Shown here one piece after another: positions 1 through 9,806 of a stretch of DNA of 32,000 bases; position 1 is the first letter of the stretch, and every line of letters begins with the position of its first letter. Under the pieces are notes generated by a model, which saw nothing but the letters and a program-made list of their open reading frames with translations, was not told the DNA's origin and did not search any database. A program made the translations under genes and the position numbers. Source of the DNA: a cyanobacterium endosymbiont of Braarudosphaera bigelowii (GTDB lineage Bacteria; Cyanobacteriota; Cyanobacteriia; Cyanobacteriales; Microcystaceae); assembly GCF_020885515.1 (NCBI RefSeq), contig NZ_AP024987.1, positions 900,001 to 932,000 of the forward strand. Reading direction: 5' to 3'.

Positions 1-132
1 TAAATAAATTTAATATCTCAATATTTGGTTTCATTGAATTTTTTATAAAAAACTAATTAGATAAATACAAACGATTTTTAGTTCTCTATTCTTTGAGGAT
101 AACTAATATTAGACTGATGATATAACATATCC

Positions 133-3093
133 TTAGTCTTGTTTATATGCTTCCATTCCATCACATGAACATACAAGATTTCTATCTCCAAACGCATTAT
201 CAATACGTCCTACTGATGGCCAGAATTTATTTTTTTTTGTCCAAGGAGAGGGATAAGCAGCTTTTTCTCTCGAATAAGGCCGATTCCATTCGTCACAAGC
301 TATTTCTATAGCAGTATGAGGACAGTTTTTTAAGGGATTATTGGTACGGTCAATTTCACCACTTGCAATCATTTTTACTTCTTCATAGATTGCTATCATA
401 GCATTACAGAAACGATCTAATTCTGGTAGATTTTCACTTTCAGTTGGCTCTATCATCATTGTTCCTATTACAGGCCAAGAGATTGTAGGTGCATGAAAGC
501 CAAAGTCCATTAATCTTTTTGCAACATCTTCTACTTCGATTGACGTCTGTTTTTTAAGAGGGCGTAGATCAATAATGCATTCATGTGCTACATATCCAGA
601 ATCTCCTTTGAATAAAATAGGATAGTAACTAGATAAACGATGAGCAATATAGTTAGCATTAAGAATAGCTATCTTTGTAGCTTGAGTTAAGCCTTTACTC
701 CCCATCATAGCAATATACATCCAAGAAATTACTAAAATATTAGCACTCCCCCATGGGGCAGCAGATACTGCACCTATAGAATCAAGATTTACTTCTTTAA
801 TATCATAAGGATTCATATATTTTTCTATGTTGGTATTAGGAAGAAAACGGACAAGATGAGACTTAACGCCGATAGGTCCTACTCCTGGACCTCCTCCTCC
901 GTGAGGAATACAAAAAGTTTTATGTAAATTTAGGTGACAAACATCGGCTCCGATATCAGCAGGACGCATTAGTCCAACTTGAGCATTCATATTGGCCCCA
1001 TCCATATAAACTTGTCCACCATGATGATGAATAATACTACAAATATCTATGATTTGTTTCTCAAAAACCCCATGGGTGGAAGGATAGGTAATCATTAATG
1101 CTGCTAAATTATGTTCATACATTTTAGCTTTTTGTTTTAAATCTAAAATGTCTATATTTCCATTTTTATCGCACTTTACTACTATAACTGTCATGCCACA
1201 CATTACTGCACTAGCAGGGTTTGTCCCGTGAGCAGATTCAGGAATGAGACATATATTTCTTTGAATTTCTTTATGCGCTTTATGATAGCGAAGAATTACT
1301 TGCAATCCTGCATATTCACCCTGAGAACCTGCATTGGGCTGCAATGATATTCCAGAAAAACCTGTTATCTCTCCTAACCATTGTTCTAATTGCTGAAACA
1401 AGATACCATATCCTAGTGCTTGGTCAAGAGGAACAAAAGGGTGAATTTTACTGAACTCAGGCCAAGTTACAGGCGTCATCTCTGCAGTAGCATTTAATTT
1501 CATAGTACATGATCCTAGAGGGATCATAGAAGTATTTAAGGCTAAGTCTTTTTTTTCTAGCTGATGCAAATATCTAATGAGTTCATTCTCAGAATGATAG
1601 CTACTAAAAATTGGATCTATAAGATATGGTGTAGTACGTTCGAGATTAAGGGGCAAATGAAAATCTGCTTTATTTATTACTTCTTCGATAGAAAATGGTA
1701 GCTTATCTTGTTCCGCAAAAATTTGCCAGAGCTCAACTATATCATCAACAGTTGTAGTTTCATTTAGACTAATGCTGATTACCCCTTTCTTGAATAATCG
1801 TAAATTTACCTTTTTCTCTAACGCTGTTTCAATAATTCTATTTTGTCTATCTTTCTCTAAACTTAAGTTAATCGTATCAAAAAATGGATCATTGCTTACA
1901 ACATAATTTAACTTTTTTAGACCATCTTTTAGTATGACAGCTAGTTTATATATTTTTAAAGAAATATTTTTTATCCCTTCAGGTCCATGATAAACAGCAT
2001 ACATCCCTGCGACTATTGCTAGTAAAACTTGTGCAGTACAGATATTACTTGTTGCCTTTTCACGTTTAATGTGCTGTTCTCTAGTCTGTAATGCTAATCT
2101 AAGAGCAGGGTTTCCTCTTACATCTTTAGAAACTCCAACGATACGTCCTGGAATTTGCCTTTTATACCTTTCTCTTGTTGCAAAGTATGCAGCATGTGGT
2201 CCACCATATCCTAGAGGTACACCAAAACGTTGTGTAGTACCTATTGCAATATCAGCTCCAAATTCTCCAGGAGGAGTAATTAGAGCTAAGCTTAGTAAAT
2301 CGGCAGCAACAGTAACTAAAGCATTTTTTTCATGAATGTCTTCAATGAAACAACGATAATCATGTATCGAACCATCCGTAGCAGGATATTGTAGAAGTGC
2401 ACCAAAGATATTATCGTCACATTTAAAAGTTCTATGGTCATCTACGATAATTTTAATATTTAAGGGATTTGCACGAGTTTGAAGAACCTGTATAGTTTGT
2501 GGATGACACAAAGAAGAAACAAAGAAAGTATGAGCAGTTTTGTTTTTACATAAGAAATAACTCATACTCATTGCTTCGGCCGCAGCTGTTCCTTCATCTA
2601 GAAGCGAAGCATTAGCAATTTCAAGTCCAGTTAATTCAATTATCATTGTTTGATAATTGATAAGAGCTTCTAACCTACCTTGTGATATTTCTGCTTGATA
2701 AGGAGTATATGCTGTATACCAACTAGGGTTTTCTAAAATATTACGTTGAATTACTGAAGGAGTAATACAGTCATGATATCCCATTCCAATATAAGAACGA
2801 AATACTTTGTTTTTTGAAGCAAAAGACTTTAATTGAGCTAATGCTTCATGTTCACTTTTAGGTTCTGGTAAACTGAGATTTTTGTGATATCTTATGTGAT
2901 GAGGTATTATTGTATCAATTAGTTGATCTATATTAGAGAAGCCTAGTATATTGATTATTGCATCTATTTCTTGACTATTCGACCCTATATGTCTGCTGAG
3001 AAAATTATCAGCTGATGAAAAAATTTGATTAACTTCTAAGTTCTTTCTATCGTTATTCTGAATATAGTTAGTAGCTAAGTTTTGATCAAGCAT
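133..3093 (-). CDS. gcvP: Glycine dehydrogenase (decarboxylating), glycine cleavage system P protein, single-chain form
   Basis: 986-aa ORF with an ATG start. The full-length single-polypeptide P-protein architecture has both halves present. Conserved stretches include [41 protein letters not shown] and [19 protein letters not shown] (PLP-lysine region). Confidence 0.95.
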   Translation of the reverse strand: MLDQNLATNYIQNNDRKNLEVNQIFSSADNFLSRHIGSNSQEIDAIINILGFSNIDQLIDTIIPHHIRYHKNLSLPEPKSEHEALAQLKSFASKNKVFRSYIGMGYHDCITPSVIQRNILENPSWYTAYTPYQAEISQGRLEALINYQTMIIELTGLEIANASLLDEGTAAAEAMSMSYFLCKNKTAHTFFVSSLCHPQTIQVLQTRANPLNIKIIVDDHRTFKCDDNIFGALLQYPATDGSIHDYRCFIEDIHEKNALVTVAADLLSLALITPPGEFGADIAIGTTQRFGVPLGYGGPHAAYFATRERYKRQIPGRIVGVSKDVRGNPALRLALQTREQHIKREKATSNICTAQVLLAIVAGMYAVYHGPEGIKNISLKIYKLAVILKDGLKKLNYVVSNDPFFDTINLSLEKDRQNRIIETALEKKVNLRLFKKGVISISLNETTTVDDIVELWQIFAEQDKLPFSIEEVINKADFHLPLNLERTTPYLIDPIFSSYHSENELIRYLHQLEKKDLALNTSMIPLGSCTMKLNATAEMTPVTWPEFSKIHPFVPLDQALGYGILFQQLEQWLGEITGFSGISLQPNAGSQGEYAGLQVILRYHKAHKEIQRNICLIPESAHGTNPASAVMCGMTVIVVKCDKNGNIDILDLKQKAKMYEHNLAALMITYPSTHGVFEKQIIDICSIIHHHGGQVYMDGANMNAQVGLMRPADIGADVCHLNLHKTFCIPHGGGGPGVGPIGVKSHLVRFLPNTNIEKYMNPYDIKEVNLDSIGAVSAAPWGSANILVISWMYIAMMGSKGLTQATKIAILNANYIAHRLSSYYPILFKGDSGYVAHECIIDLRPLKKQTSIEVEDVAKRLMDFGFHAPTISWPVIGTMMIEPTESENLPELDRFCNAMIAIYEEVKMIASGEIDRTNNPLKNCPHTAIEIACDEWNRPYSREKAAYPSPWTKKNKFWPSVGRIDNAFGDRNLVCSCDGMEAYKQD

Positions 3094-3194
3094 ATTAATA
3101 AATATACATTATATTTTTATTGAATCTTTAAAATCTATTATCTTAATAATTAAAAAATCTACATTGAATAAATGAAATAAAACATAGAATTACA

Positions 3195-5114
3195 TTATTT
3201 CTGCATTTTCTTATGATGGTATCCTCTTGGTGTAATCACTAGGTCTTTATAAAAAAAGGTACTATGATTGCCAATAAGTACAGTAGTTAACATATCTATA
3301 TAATATCCTAACATTTCGTTCAATGTTGTAAGCACTATGGTTTCATTTTTACGATATGCGCAGCGAACTAAAGCAACAGGAGTATTTGGATCACGATATT
3401 TTAAAAAGATGGCTCGAGCCACAATAATTTGATGTGTTCTAGTTTTTGATTTTGGATTATAAATAGCAGTAACAAAATCTCCTTGAGCAGCAGCTTTTAA
3501 ACGTTTTTTAATTACACTCCAAGGTGTTAATAGATCACTTAAACTAATTGCACAAAAATCGTGCATTAGAGGTGTACCAACCCTAGCGGCAGCAGCTTGT
3601 AAAGCTGTAATTCCTGGAAAAATTTTGATATCGATAATATTATCTTTTTTGTAAGTATTTTTAAGTTTTTCTAGTACTAACCCTCCCATAGCATAAATAC
3701 CACAGTCACCTGATGATATAACTACAACATTTAGTCCCCATTGTGCTAGTTCAACTGATCTTTCCGCACGTTTTTCTTCTTCAGTAATAGGTAAATCTTC
3801 AATAATTTGACCAGGGTGAAATAAACTTTTTATGAGATCTAAATATAAAGAATAACCGACAATAGCATCGGCTTCAGCAATTGCTTTCTTTGCTGCAGGA
3901 GTTATTTGATCTAAACTTCCAGGCCCTATCCCTACTAAATATAATTTTCCTTTTCTTCCTATATATTCTGTACTGCTTTGGGCTATAGCGATAGTAACTG
4001 CTTGATCTTCAAATTTTACAATTTGCTTAGAGACTAAAAGAACAGTATCATTATTAAAAAAATAATTAGAGCTATAAATAGCAGCAGCTTCTGCCACACT
4101 AGCAGTTCCTAATTCTTGCTTTACAATTGCTGAAGGATTAGGAACACTAACCTTATCTAGAGTATTCACAGAATAGGTAAAGAAAGGTAACTGCTTAATT
4201 TGGCAATATTTAATAATACCAATTTCATCTTTTTTTAAATCAACAGATGCTATCCCAGCTATTGCTTCTGGTGCTAAGCCATGTTGATCAAAAACTGTAG
4301 ATATAGCATCAGAAATCAGTTTATAAGATGCTCCTCTTGTGGATCCTATACCTATCCACAATACTCGGGGATACCATTGTATAGTGGGAATATCAGCTTT
4401 TGTATCTAGAGGATACTTTCTATGGCTAATGATAATATATGATGTTGATTTTTGATCCCTTTTAATATCAGGTAAGGAAAATTTAAAATTATAATTATTT
4501 AAAAAGTTTTTTCTCCAAAGAAATGAGCCGCCTTCTTGTATTATTTGTACAGTTTTCTGACAAGCGATCGCATAACTTACATCTTTCCATTTTCCTGCTC
4601 CTCTTCTCCATCCAAAGGGGAATCCTAATATATCAATACCCGGTAAATTTAGAGTATTTGATACACCAGTTATAACTGGCTCTGCATTTAAGTAACTCGC
4701 AATTAATTTAGTTAATTTATCTGCTCCTCCTTGATGCCCGCCGCATAGACTAATAACAAATTTACCTTCTGGATCTATGACAATAATAGCTGGATCATGA
4801 GTTTTACTTTTTAATAATGGAGCAATAAGACGAACTACAGCTCCAGCTGCCAAGCAAAATACTAGAGCACGATTTTTTAAAAAAATATCAGCCAAATGAT
4901 TTTTAAGAGGACTGTGATAATAAAGGGTTTTTTCGTCAATTAAGGGTAACTTTTCTGGCATATAAAGTATTCCTCTTAAATCTTGACAAAGAGGATGTAA
5001 AAGACTGCAAGCCTGATTAGTAGTCCCAATCATTGCTACAGGATAAAGAATATTAGAAGAATACATGAGATGTGTTGATTTTTTATAATTTTTATCTATG
5101 GTAACGACTTTCAC
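3195..5114 (-). CDS. Fusion protein: CbiG (cobalt-precorrin-5A hydrolase-like) joined to CobJ/CbiH (precorrin-3B C17-methyltransferase)
   Basis: The N-terminal two-thirds resembles CbiG (LAAGAVVRLIAPLLKSKTHDPAIIVIDPEGKFVISLCGGHQGGADKL). The C-terminal ~250 aa is a tetrapyrrole methylase (KLYLVGIGPGSLDQITPAAKKAIAEADAIVGYSLYLDLI). The maximal ORF starts with GTG at 5114. The ATG at 5066 (MYSSNILYPVAMIGTT...) is a plausible true start. Confidence 0.85.
   Translation of the reverse strand: MKVVTIDKNYKKSTHLMYSSNILYPVAMIGTTNQACSLLHPLCQDLRGILYMPEKLPLIDEKTLYYHSPLKNHLADIFLKNRALVFCLAAGAVVRLIAPLLKSKTHDPAIIVIDPEGKFVISLCGGHQGGADKLTKLIASYLNAEPVITGVSNTLNLPGIDILGFPFGWRRGAGKWKDVSYAIACQKTVQIIQEGGSFLWRKNFLNNYNFKFSLPDIKRDQKSTSYIIISHRKYPLDTKADIPTIQWYPRVLWIGIGSTRGASYKLISDAISTVFDQHGLAPEAIAGIASVDLKKDEIGIIKYCQIKQLPFFTYSVNTLDKVSVPNPSAIVKQELGTASVAEAAAIYSSNYFFNNDTVLLVSKQIVKFEDQAVTIAIAQSSTEYIGRKGKLYLVGIGPGSLDQITPAAKKAIAEADAIVGYSLYLDLIKSLFHPGQIIEDLPITEEEKRAERSVELAQWGLNVVVISSGDCGIYAMGGLVLEKLKNTYKKDNIIDIKIFPGITALQAAAARVGTPLMHDFCAISLSDLLTPWSVIKKRLKAAAQGDFVTAIYNPKSKTRTHQIIVARAIFLKYRDPNTPVALVRCAYRKNETIVLTTLNEMLGYYIDMLTTVLIGNHSTFFYKDLVITPRGYHHKKMQK
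4564..4571. repeat. Single copy of the cyanobacterial HIP1 octamer GCGATCGC
   Basis: An exact GCGATCGC lies inside the cbiG-cobJ coding region. It is the only copy I noticed by eye in the 32 kb. Confidence 0.5.
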
Positions 5115-5221
5115 GAAAAAGAGTTAAATACACTAATTAAACTGTGAAAACTAAGAACAGAACTCTTAATATTAATCAATTATGATTTAGTCTCATATAT
5201 AAATAACATAATAGAATATGC

Positions 5222-7015
5222 TTATTTTAATAAGTTATTCCAAGTTAATATCCTAGTCTTGGCAGAATTATATGCTGGGCTTTTCTCAGGAATTATTTTT
5301 GCTAGTTGAATTGCTTCATTAAATAGAGAACGATCAGCTAATTTTTGAGCCATAGATAGTATTTGAAAACTCCAACGCTTCAAGGATTTCTTTGTTTGAG
5401 GACTTACATCTGTTGAAGGTGGAATATTTTGTACGATGGAAATAGCGGAAACTAAAGATTGAGGAGTTTGTGATTGAGCTACTAAATAAGCTTTCTTTAA
5501 ATCTTTTTTAGCTTTAACTTCTATTTGCCATTTTTTAATATCATTTTGTATCTTCCCATAGAGTGGTCGATCTGAAGTGATTTTTTTAGCGACGAGAATA
5601 GCTAATTCATAATTTTTAGTGTTTCCTATGATAATTGCTTGGTTTAAAATTAATTGATCTTCTTTTCGTTGAATATCTATGTACCATTGATAAGCTTTTT
5701 CTTTTGCTTGAGTTGAAAGTGCACGTTTTGAACCAATTGAATTTACCTCATTAATTGCTCTTTTTAAGTCTAAAATATTACCTCCTTCAGCTAAATTTTT
5801 AGCTTTATCTAAAATTGGTTTATCCTCTGCAATTTGTATTAAATTATTCCACTTATCAATTTCCTTTTTAGCTTCTTGATAATGAGAGTTGTTAGGAGGT
5901 ATTAGTTCTATTAATTGAACTGCTGTTTTTAAATCTTTAATGGTGCCTTGAATAGCTAATTTTCTAGATTTTTGAAGATAAGCTATGTACTTTATATCTA
6001 ATTCCCACATATCCACTAAATTATTTGATTTTTGATAAAGAGAACTATTTGAGTCGATTGCTTTAAGTGTCAGTATCGCAAGTTTCAAACTTTCTACTGT
6101 CCCTTTGTTGGCATCCAATCCTGCCTTAGCAATAACATGCCAGTCTTCAACTTTATCAGTAAATATATTTTTATCTGAAACTTTATTAATTACTTCTAAT
6201 AATGTTGACCAATTTTTATTCTCAATCAATTCATTAATATGATTACTTATTTTAGATTCAGCATCTTGTATCAAACTTTGAGCTTTCCGATACGCATAAC
6301 TATCAAAATTTATTTTCTGAGAGTCATTTATTGTAGTTAGCCAGTTATCAACTCCACCACGATTTAATAAAATAAATGCATTATCTAGTTGACCACTCTC
6401 TTTTTTTGCTAGTCTTATTTTTTTAATTGCATCATTATATCCAGTAGTAGCCCAATATTTATTAGGAAGATCAAGAAGCATTAATACTTCTCTGAAAGCT
6501 AAATTCCAACTAAAATTGTGCAACTGACTTTCCACCCTTACTAAGATTTTTTCACCTTCATTCCAGGAATTATTCCATTTCTTAATTCTTTGAGTCACTA
6601 TGTCATAAGTATCGCTGTTAGTAGGTATTTTTTGAGCTATATTAATAGCTTGTTGTAACTGCCCCTGCTGAAATTTCTCTTCAGCAATATCTAAGATGGC
6701 TATTGTCCATTTTTTAATATTATATTTAATTTCACTATGAAGAGAATGCTTTTCGGGAAATATTTGGATCAAATTAATCGCTCTTAAAAAACCTTCTAAA
6801 GTATTTTTTTTCGCCTCTATTTGAGCACAATAAATTTTTATTGAGATCGAAGCGACAGGTAAAAAAAAACGAGTACATTTTGGTGTAATTGTAGGATCTA
6901 AAAAAATCAACGTACTTGTAAAGCCTGTCGTCCCAGAAAATATAATTAATAGAACTGCCCAAATTTGCCAAGAAATCTTACTGCTAATTGTAATAATTCG
7001 ATGAAGTACAGTCAT
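5222..7015 (-). CDS. Membrane-anchored repeat protein of unknown function (N-terminal TM helix plus about 10 degenerate 44-55 aa helical repeats)
   Basis: 597-aa ORF with an ATG start. A hydrophobic segment spans aa 15-38. A recurring unit of the form A-I-x-x-(I/V/A)-x-x-I-P-x-x-S-x-x-Y-x-x-A-x-x-x-I-x-x-W appears repeatedly, for example AINIAQKIPTNSDTYDIVTQRIKKW, AVQLIELIPPNNSHYQEAKKEIDKW and AIQLAKIIPEKSPAYNSAKTRILTW. Confidence 0.7.
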   Translation of the reverse strand: MTVLHRIITISSKISWQIWAVLLIIFSGTTGFTSTLIFLDPTITPKCTRFFLPVASISIKIYCAQIEAKKNTLEGFLRAINLIQIFPEKHSLHSEIKYNIKKWTIAILDIAEEKFQQGQLQQAINIAQKIPTNSDTYDIVTQRIKKWNNSWNEGEKILVRVESQLHNFSWNLAFREVLMLLDLPNKYWATTGYNDAIKKIRLAKKESGQLDNAFILLNRGGVDNWLTTINDSQKINFDSYAYRKAQSLIQDAESKISNHINELIENKNWSTLLEVINKVSDKNIFTDKVEDWHVIAKAGLDANKGTVESLKLAILTLKAIDSNSSLYQKSNNLVDMWELDIKYIAYLQKSRKLAIQGTIKDLKTAVQLIELIPPNNSHYQEAKKEIDKWNNLIQIAEDKPILDKAKNLAEGGNILDLKRAINEVNSIGSKRALSTQAKEKAYQWYIDIQRKEDQLILNQAIIIGNTKNYELAILVAKKITSDRPLYGKIQNDIKKWQIEVKAKKDLKKAYLVAQSQTPQSLVSAISIVQNIPPSTDVSPQTKKSLKRWSFQILSMAQKLADRSLFNEAIQLAKIIPEKSPAYNSAKTRILTWNNLLK

Positions 7016-7797
7016 ATAACTGTTAATTATTTCTTTGATTAGTCGAATATTTAAATGTTACCAGAAACCTTAGAAAAGTTTTAATCACTTCAAAATATAT
7101 TGCTTAAACATAATTTGCGTTAGTAACCATCTTGAGTTTGTTCTGTAAAAAATGGTAATTATTTACATAGTATAAATACATAAAGGCTAAAGGAATAAAA
7201 CATCTTAAATAAGTATCTACATATTTGACATGAACATTTGTACATGAAAAAAATATAAATATTGTTTAACAAACTATTAATTAAAATTTATTCATGAAAA
7301 GTTATCGATACAAGGTTTAACTATCTTCTGAAAAAACAAACTAATTATTATAATCATTTTATTTTTGATAGAAACAAATTACGAATAGATTAGTCAAAAG
7401 AAGATATGATTTTCGTTATATGATTTATTTCTTAGAAGCTTAGGCTTAGGTTCCTCTAATTTTTTTTTAATCTTCCCTCTGTATTTAGGGGGAAGATTAA
7501 AGTAGTAGATAGATTATTTTCCACATTATAAAATTTTAAAAGTTCTCAACTTTAATCTCTATATTACTTATCAGAAATGATTTTTACCTCTACACTGAAG
7601 CCAGTACCTAAAATAAAGAAACTTAATTGTATTAATATCTAAATGTTAAGATATGAGAATAAATTATTCTATTACAAAAATAGTATTTTAAAAAACCTTG
7701 TATGTATCCTGAATATTTTTGTGATTGTATTCTTAACTGATTCTGGGTGCTATTTTACCAACACGCCCTTTAAAAGTTATCTGCCATTAATAAGTTT

Positions 7798-9741
7798 ATG
7801 GAACTATCCTTTGAACTCACTTTGCAAATTGTGATAGCTGTTTTAGCAGGCATTAGTGCTCAAGTTATTGCTGAACTTTTCAGAGTTCCGAGCATTGTCT
7901 TTTTACTCTTGTTTGGCATGCTATTGGGTGCAGATGGTTTTAATTTTCTTCATCCTCATGGACTAGGTGTTGGATTAGAAGTTTTAGTTGCTTTATCAGT
8001 AGCAATTATCCTTTTTGAAGGAGGTTTAAATTTAGAACTGCGTGATCTAGGAAGAGTCTCAGGTAGTCTCCGAAATTTAGTTACTTTTGGTACTCTAATT
8101 ACTTTGGTTGGTGGCGGTATGGCTGCCCACTGGTTTGCAGAGTTTCCTTGGTCTATTGCGTTTCTTTATGCCGCTTTAGTTGTTGTTACTGGTCCAACTG
8201 TAATAAGTCCTTTACTTAAACAGGTAGAAGTAGAACGAAAAGTGGCTACATTATTAGAAAGTGAAGGAGTTCTTATCGATCCTGTAGGCGCAATTTTAGC
8301 AGTAGTAGTTTTTGATACTATTCTCAACAGCAATGCTAGTCCTTTAGAAATTGTTAGTGGCTTATTATTGAGATTTGCAATTGGTGTAATCATTGGTGGT
8401 GTTAGTGGAGCTGCTCTAGGCTTTATTCTTAAGAATACTAGTTTCCTGTCAGAAGATCTTCGAAATTTAGTTGTGCTTGCAGGAGTATGGGGACTATTTG
8501 GGTTAGCTCAACTTATTCGAAGTGAATCAGGTCTTATGGCAACGGTAGTAGCAGGAATTGTGCTTAGAGCTTCTTCTATCCCTGATGAAAGGCTTTTGAG
8601 AAGATTTAAAGGGCAATTAACAGTTTTATGTGTTTCCGTATTGTTTATTCTTTTGGCTGCAGATCTATCTATTGACAGTATTTTTGCTCTAGGCTGGGGA
8701 AGTGTTCTTACAGTTTTTACTTTGATGTGGATAGTAAGACCTATTAGTGTCATTCTTTGCACCATTAATAGTGATTTAAGTTGGAGACAAAAATTTTTTC
8801 TTGGGTGGATAGCTCCAAGAGGGATTGTTTCAGCTTCAATTGCATCCTTATTTGCTATTCTACTAACTCAACAAGGCATCAATGGTGGAGATTCAATTAA
8901 AGCTTTAGTGTTTTTAACCATTATGATGACAGTCTTCATTCAAGGCTTATCTGCTCGCTGGGTAGCAAAAGGATTAAAAATTACTGCTGTTGAAGCTAAA
9001 GGAGCTGTTATTGTTGGATGCAATTCTCTAGGAAGATTAATGGGAAAACTTTTCACACAAAGAGGAGAGTCAGTTGTTTTAATTGATACTGATCCAGAAG
9101 CATGTGATCAAGCTCAATCTGAAGGTCTATCAGTATTTCAGAGTAGTGCATTAGATCCTAACGTTTTAGAAGAGGCTGGGATTGGTTCAATGGGAACTTT
9201 TATGGCTTTGACAAGTAATGGCCAAGTAAATTTGGTGTTAGCTCAACGTGCTGTTGAGGAGTTTAAACCTCCTAGAGTGTTTGCTATTTTTCCTAGTAAT
9301 TCTAATAGGGATCAAACTTCAAACAAAACAAAAATAATGCGGGCTTTCATAGACCAACAATTAATTAAGATCTGGAACCAATATCTTATAGAAGGACAGT
9401 TTAAATTAGGAATTACTCATTTTCAAGAATCAGGATTATTCCCAAAACAAGCTCATTTTCTTACCTTAATTAAAGAAGGAGAAGTTTTACCTCTTTTAAT
9501 TAAAAGGAAAGGTAGTTTGCAGATAGTTCAAGCTTCTCAAGATTGGCAAATTGGCGATGAAATTATTTACCTTTTACGTGATCCTCGTCCAAAACTATTA
9601 AAACATCTCTCAGGAAAAGTTAAGGTATCTAAAGAATTAATTATGGAATTTCTACCAGAAGTTGAAGAATTTCCTTCTTCAACTTCTGGTTTGATAAATC
9701 CACTATTAGCAAATCCATCTACAGAAGTAATTGAAAACTAA
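7798..9741 (+). CDS. CPA1-family Na+(K+)/H+ antiporter with a C-terminal RCK (TrkA-N/TrkA-C) regulatory domain
   Basis: 647-aa ORF with an ATG start. About 390 aa form a polytopic exchanger domain (LLFGMLLGADGF, ILFEGGLNLELRDL, GWIAPRGIVSASIA). A Rossmann-like TrkA-N follows (AVIVGCNSLGRLMGKLFTQRGESVVLIDTDPEACDQA), then a TrkA-C-like tail. Confidence 0.85.
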   Translation: MELSFELTLQIVIAVLAGISAQVIAELFRVPSIVFLLLFGMLLGADGFNFLHPHGLGVGLEVLVALSVAIILFEGGLNLELRDLGRVSGSLRNLVTFGTLITLVGGGMAAHWFAEFPWSIAFLYAALVVVTGPTVISPLLKQVEVERKVATLLESEGVLIDPVGAILAVVVFDTILNSNASPLEIVSGLLLRFAIGVIIGGVSGAALGFILKNTSFLSEDLRNLVVLAGVWGLFGLAQLIRSESGLMATVVAGIVLRASSIPDERLLRRFKGQLTVLCVSVLFILLAADLSIDSIFALGWGSVLTVFTLMWIVRPISVILCTINSDLSWRQKFFLGWIAPRGIVSASIASLFAILLTQQGINGGDSIKALVFLTIMMTVFIQGLSARWVAKGLKITAVEAKGAVIVGCNSLGRLMGKLFTQRGESVVLIDTDPEACDQAQSEGLSVFQSSALDPNVLEEAGIGSMGTFMALTSNGQVNLVLAQRAVEEFKPPRVFAIFPSNSNRDQTSNKTKIMRAFIDQQLIKIWNQYLIEGQFKLGITHFQESGLFPKQAHFLTLIKEGEVLPLLIKRKGSLQIVQASQDWQIGDEIIYLLRDPRPKLLKHLSGKVKVSKELIMEFLPEVEEFPSSTSGLINPLLANPSTEVIEN

Positions 9742-9806
9742 CTTCTATTTATATTAATTTAGACAAGATATTGTAAGATTATTACTCAAATATAAAGGTT
9801 AACAAT

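Noticed and set aside
2069-2335. An 88-aa ORF on the plus strand, antisense to gcvP
   Set aside because: It lies entirely inside a highly conserved gene on the opposite strand and has low-complexity, Cys/Pro/Arg-rich composition typical of antisense frames. It has no start context.
3094-3194. A possible glycine riboswitch upstream of gcvP
   Set aside because: Only about 100 bp of almost pure A/T is available. None of the conserved GC-rich glycine-aptamer helices or the GGAGAG/CACCG-type cores are present.
6774-6971. A 65-aa alternative-frame ORF inside the repeat-protein gene on the same strand
   Set aside because: It is fully nested in the 597-aa ORF, and its product is rich in Phe, Tyr and Asn as expected from an AT-rich off-frame. 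There is no independent evidence for it.
7016-7797. A known structured ncRNA (RNase P RNA, tmRNA, SRP RNA, 6S or Yfr1) hidden in the long spacers at 7016-7797 and 11725-12344
   Set aside because: None of the conserved GC-rich cores that I know for these RNAs are present, such as GGAAAGTCCGG for RNase P, the tRNA-like end of tmRNA, or ACTCCTCACAC for Yfr1. Both spacers are almost uniformly A/T.
7643-7834. A 63-aa ORF overlapping the antiporter start
   Set aside because: It is an AT-rich junk translation (NKLFYYKNSILKN...). It runs into the well-supported ATG at 7798 of the Na+/H+ antiporter in a different frame.
8166-8765. Two antisense ORFs of 75 and 85 aa within the antiporter gene
   Set aside because: They are nested antisense to a confidently assigned CDS and have no motifs.
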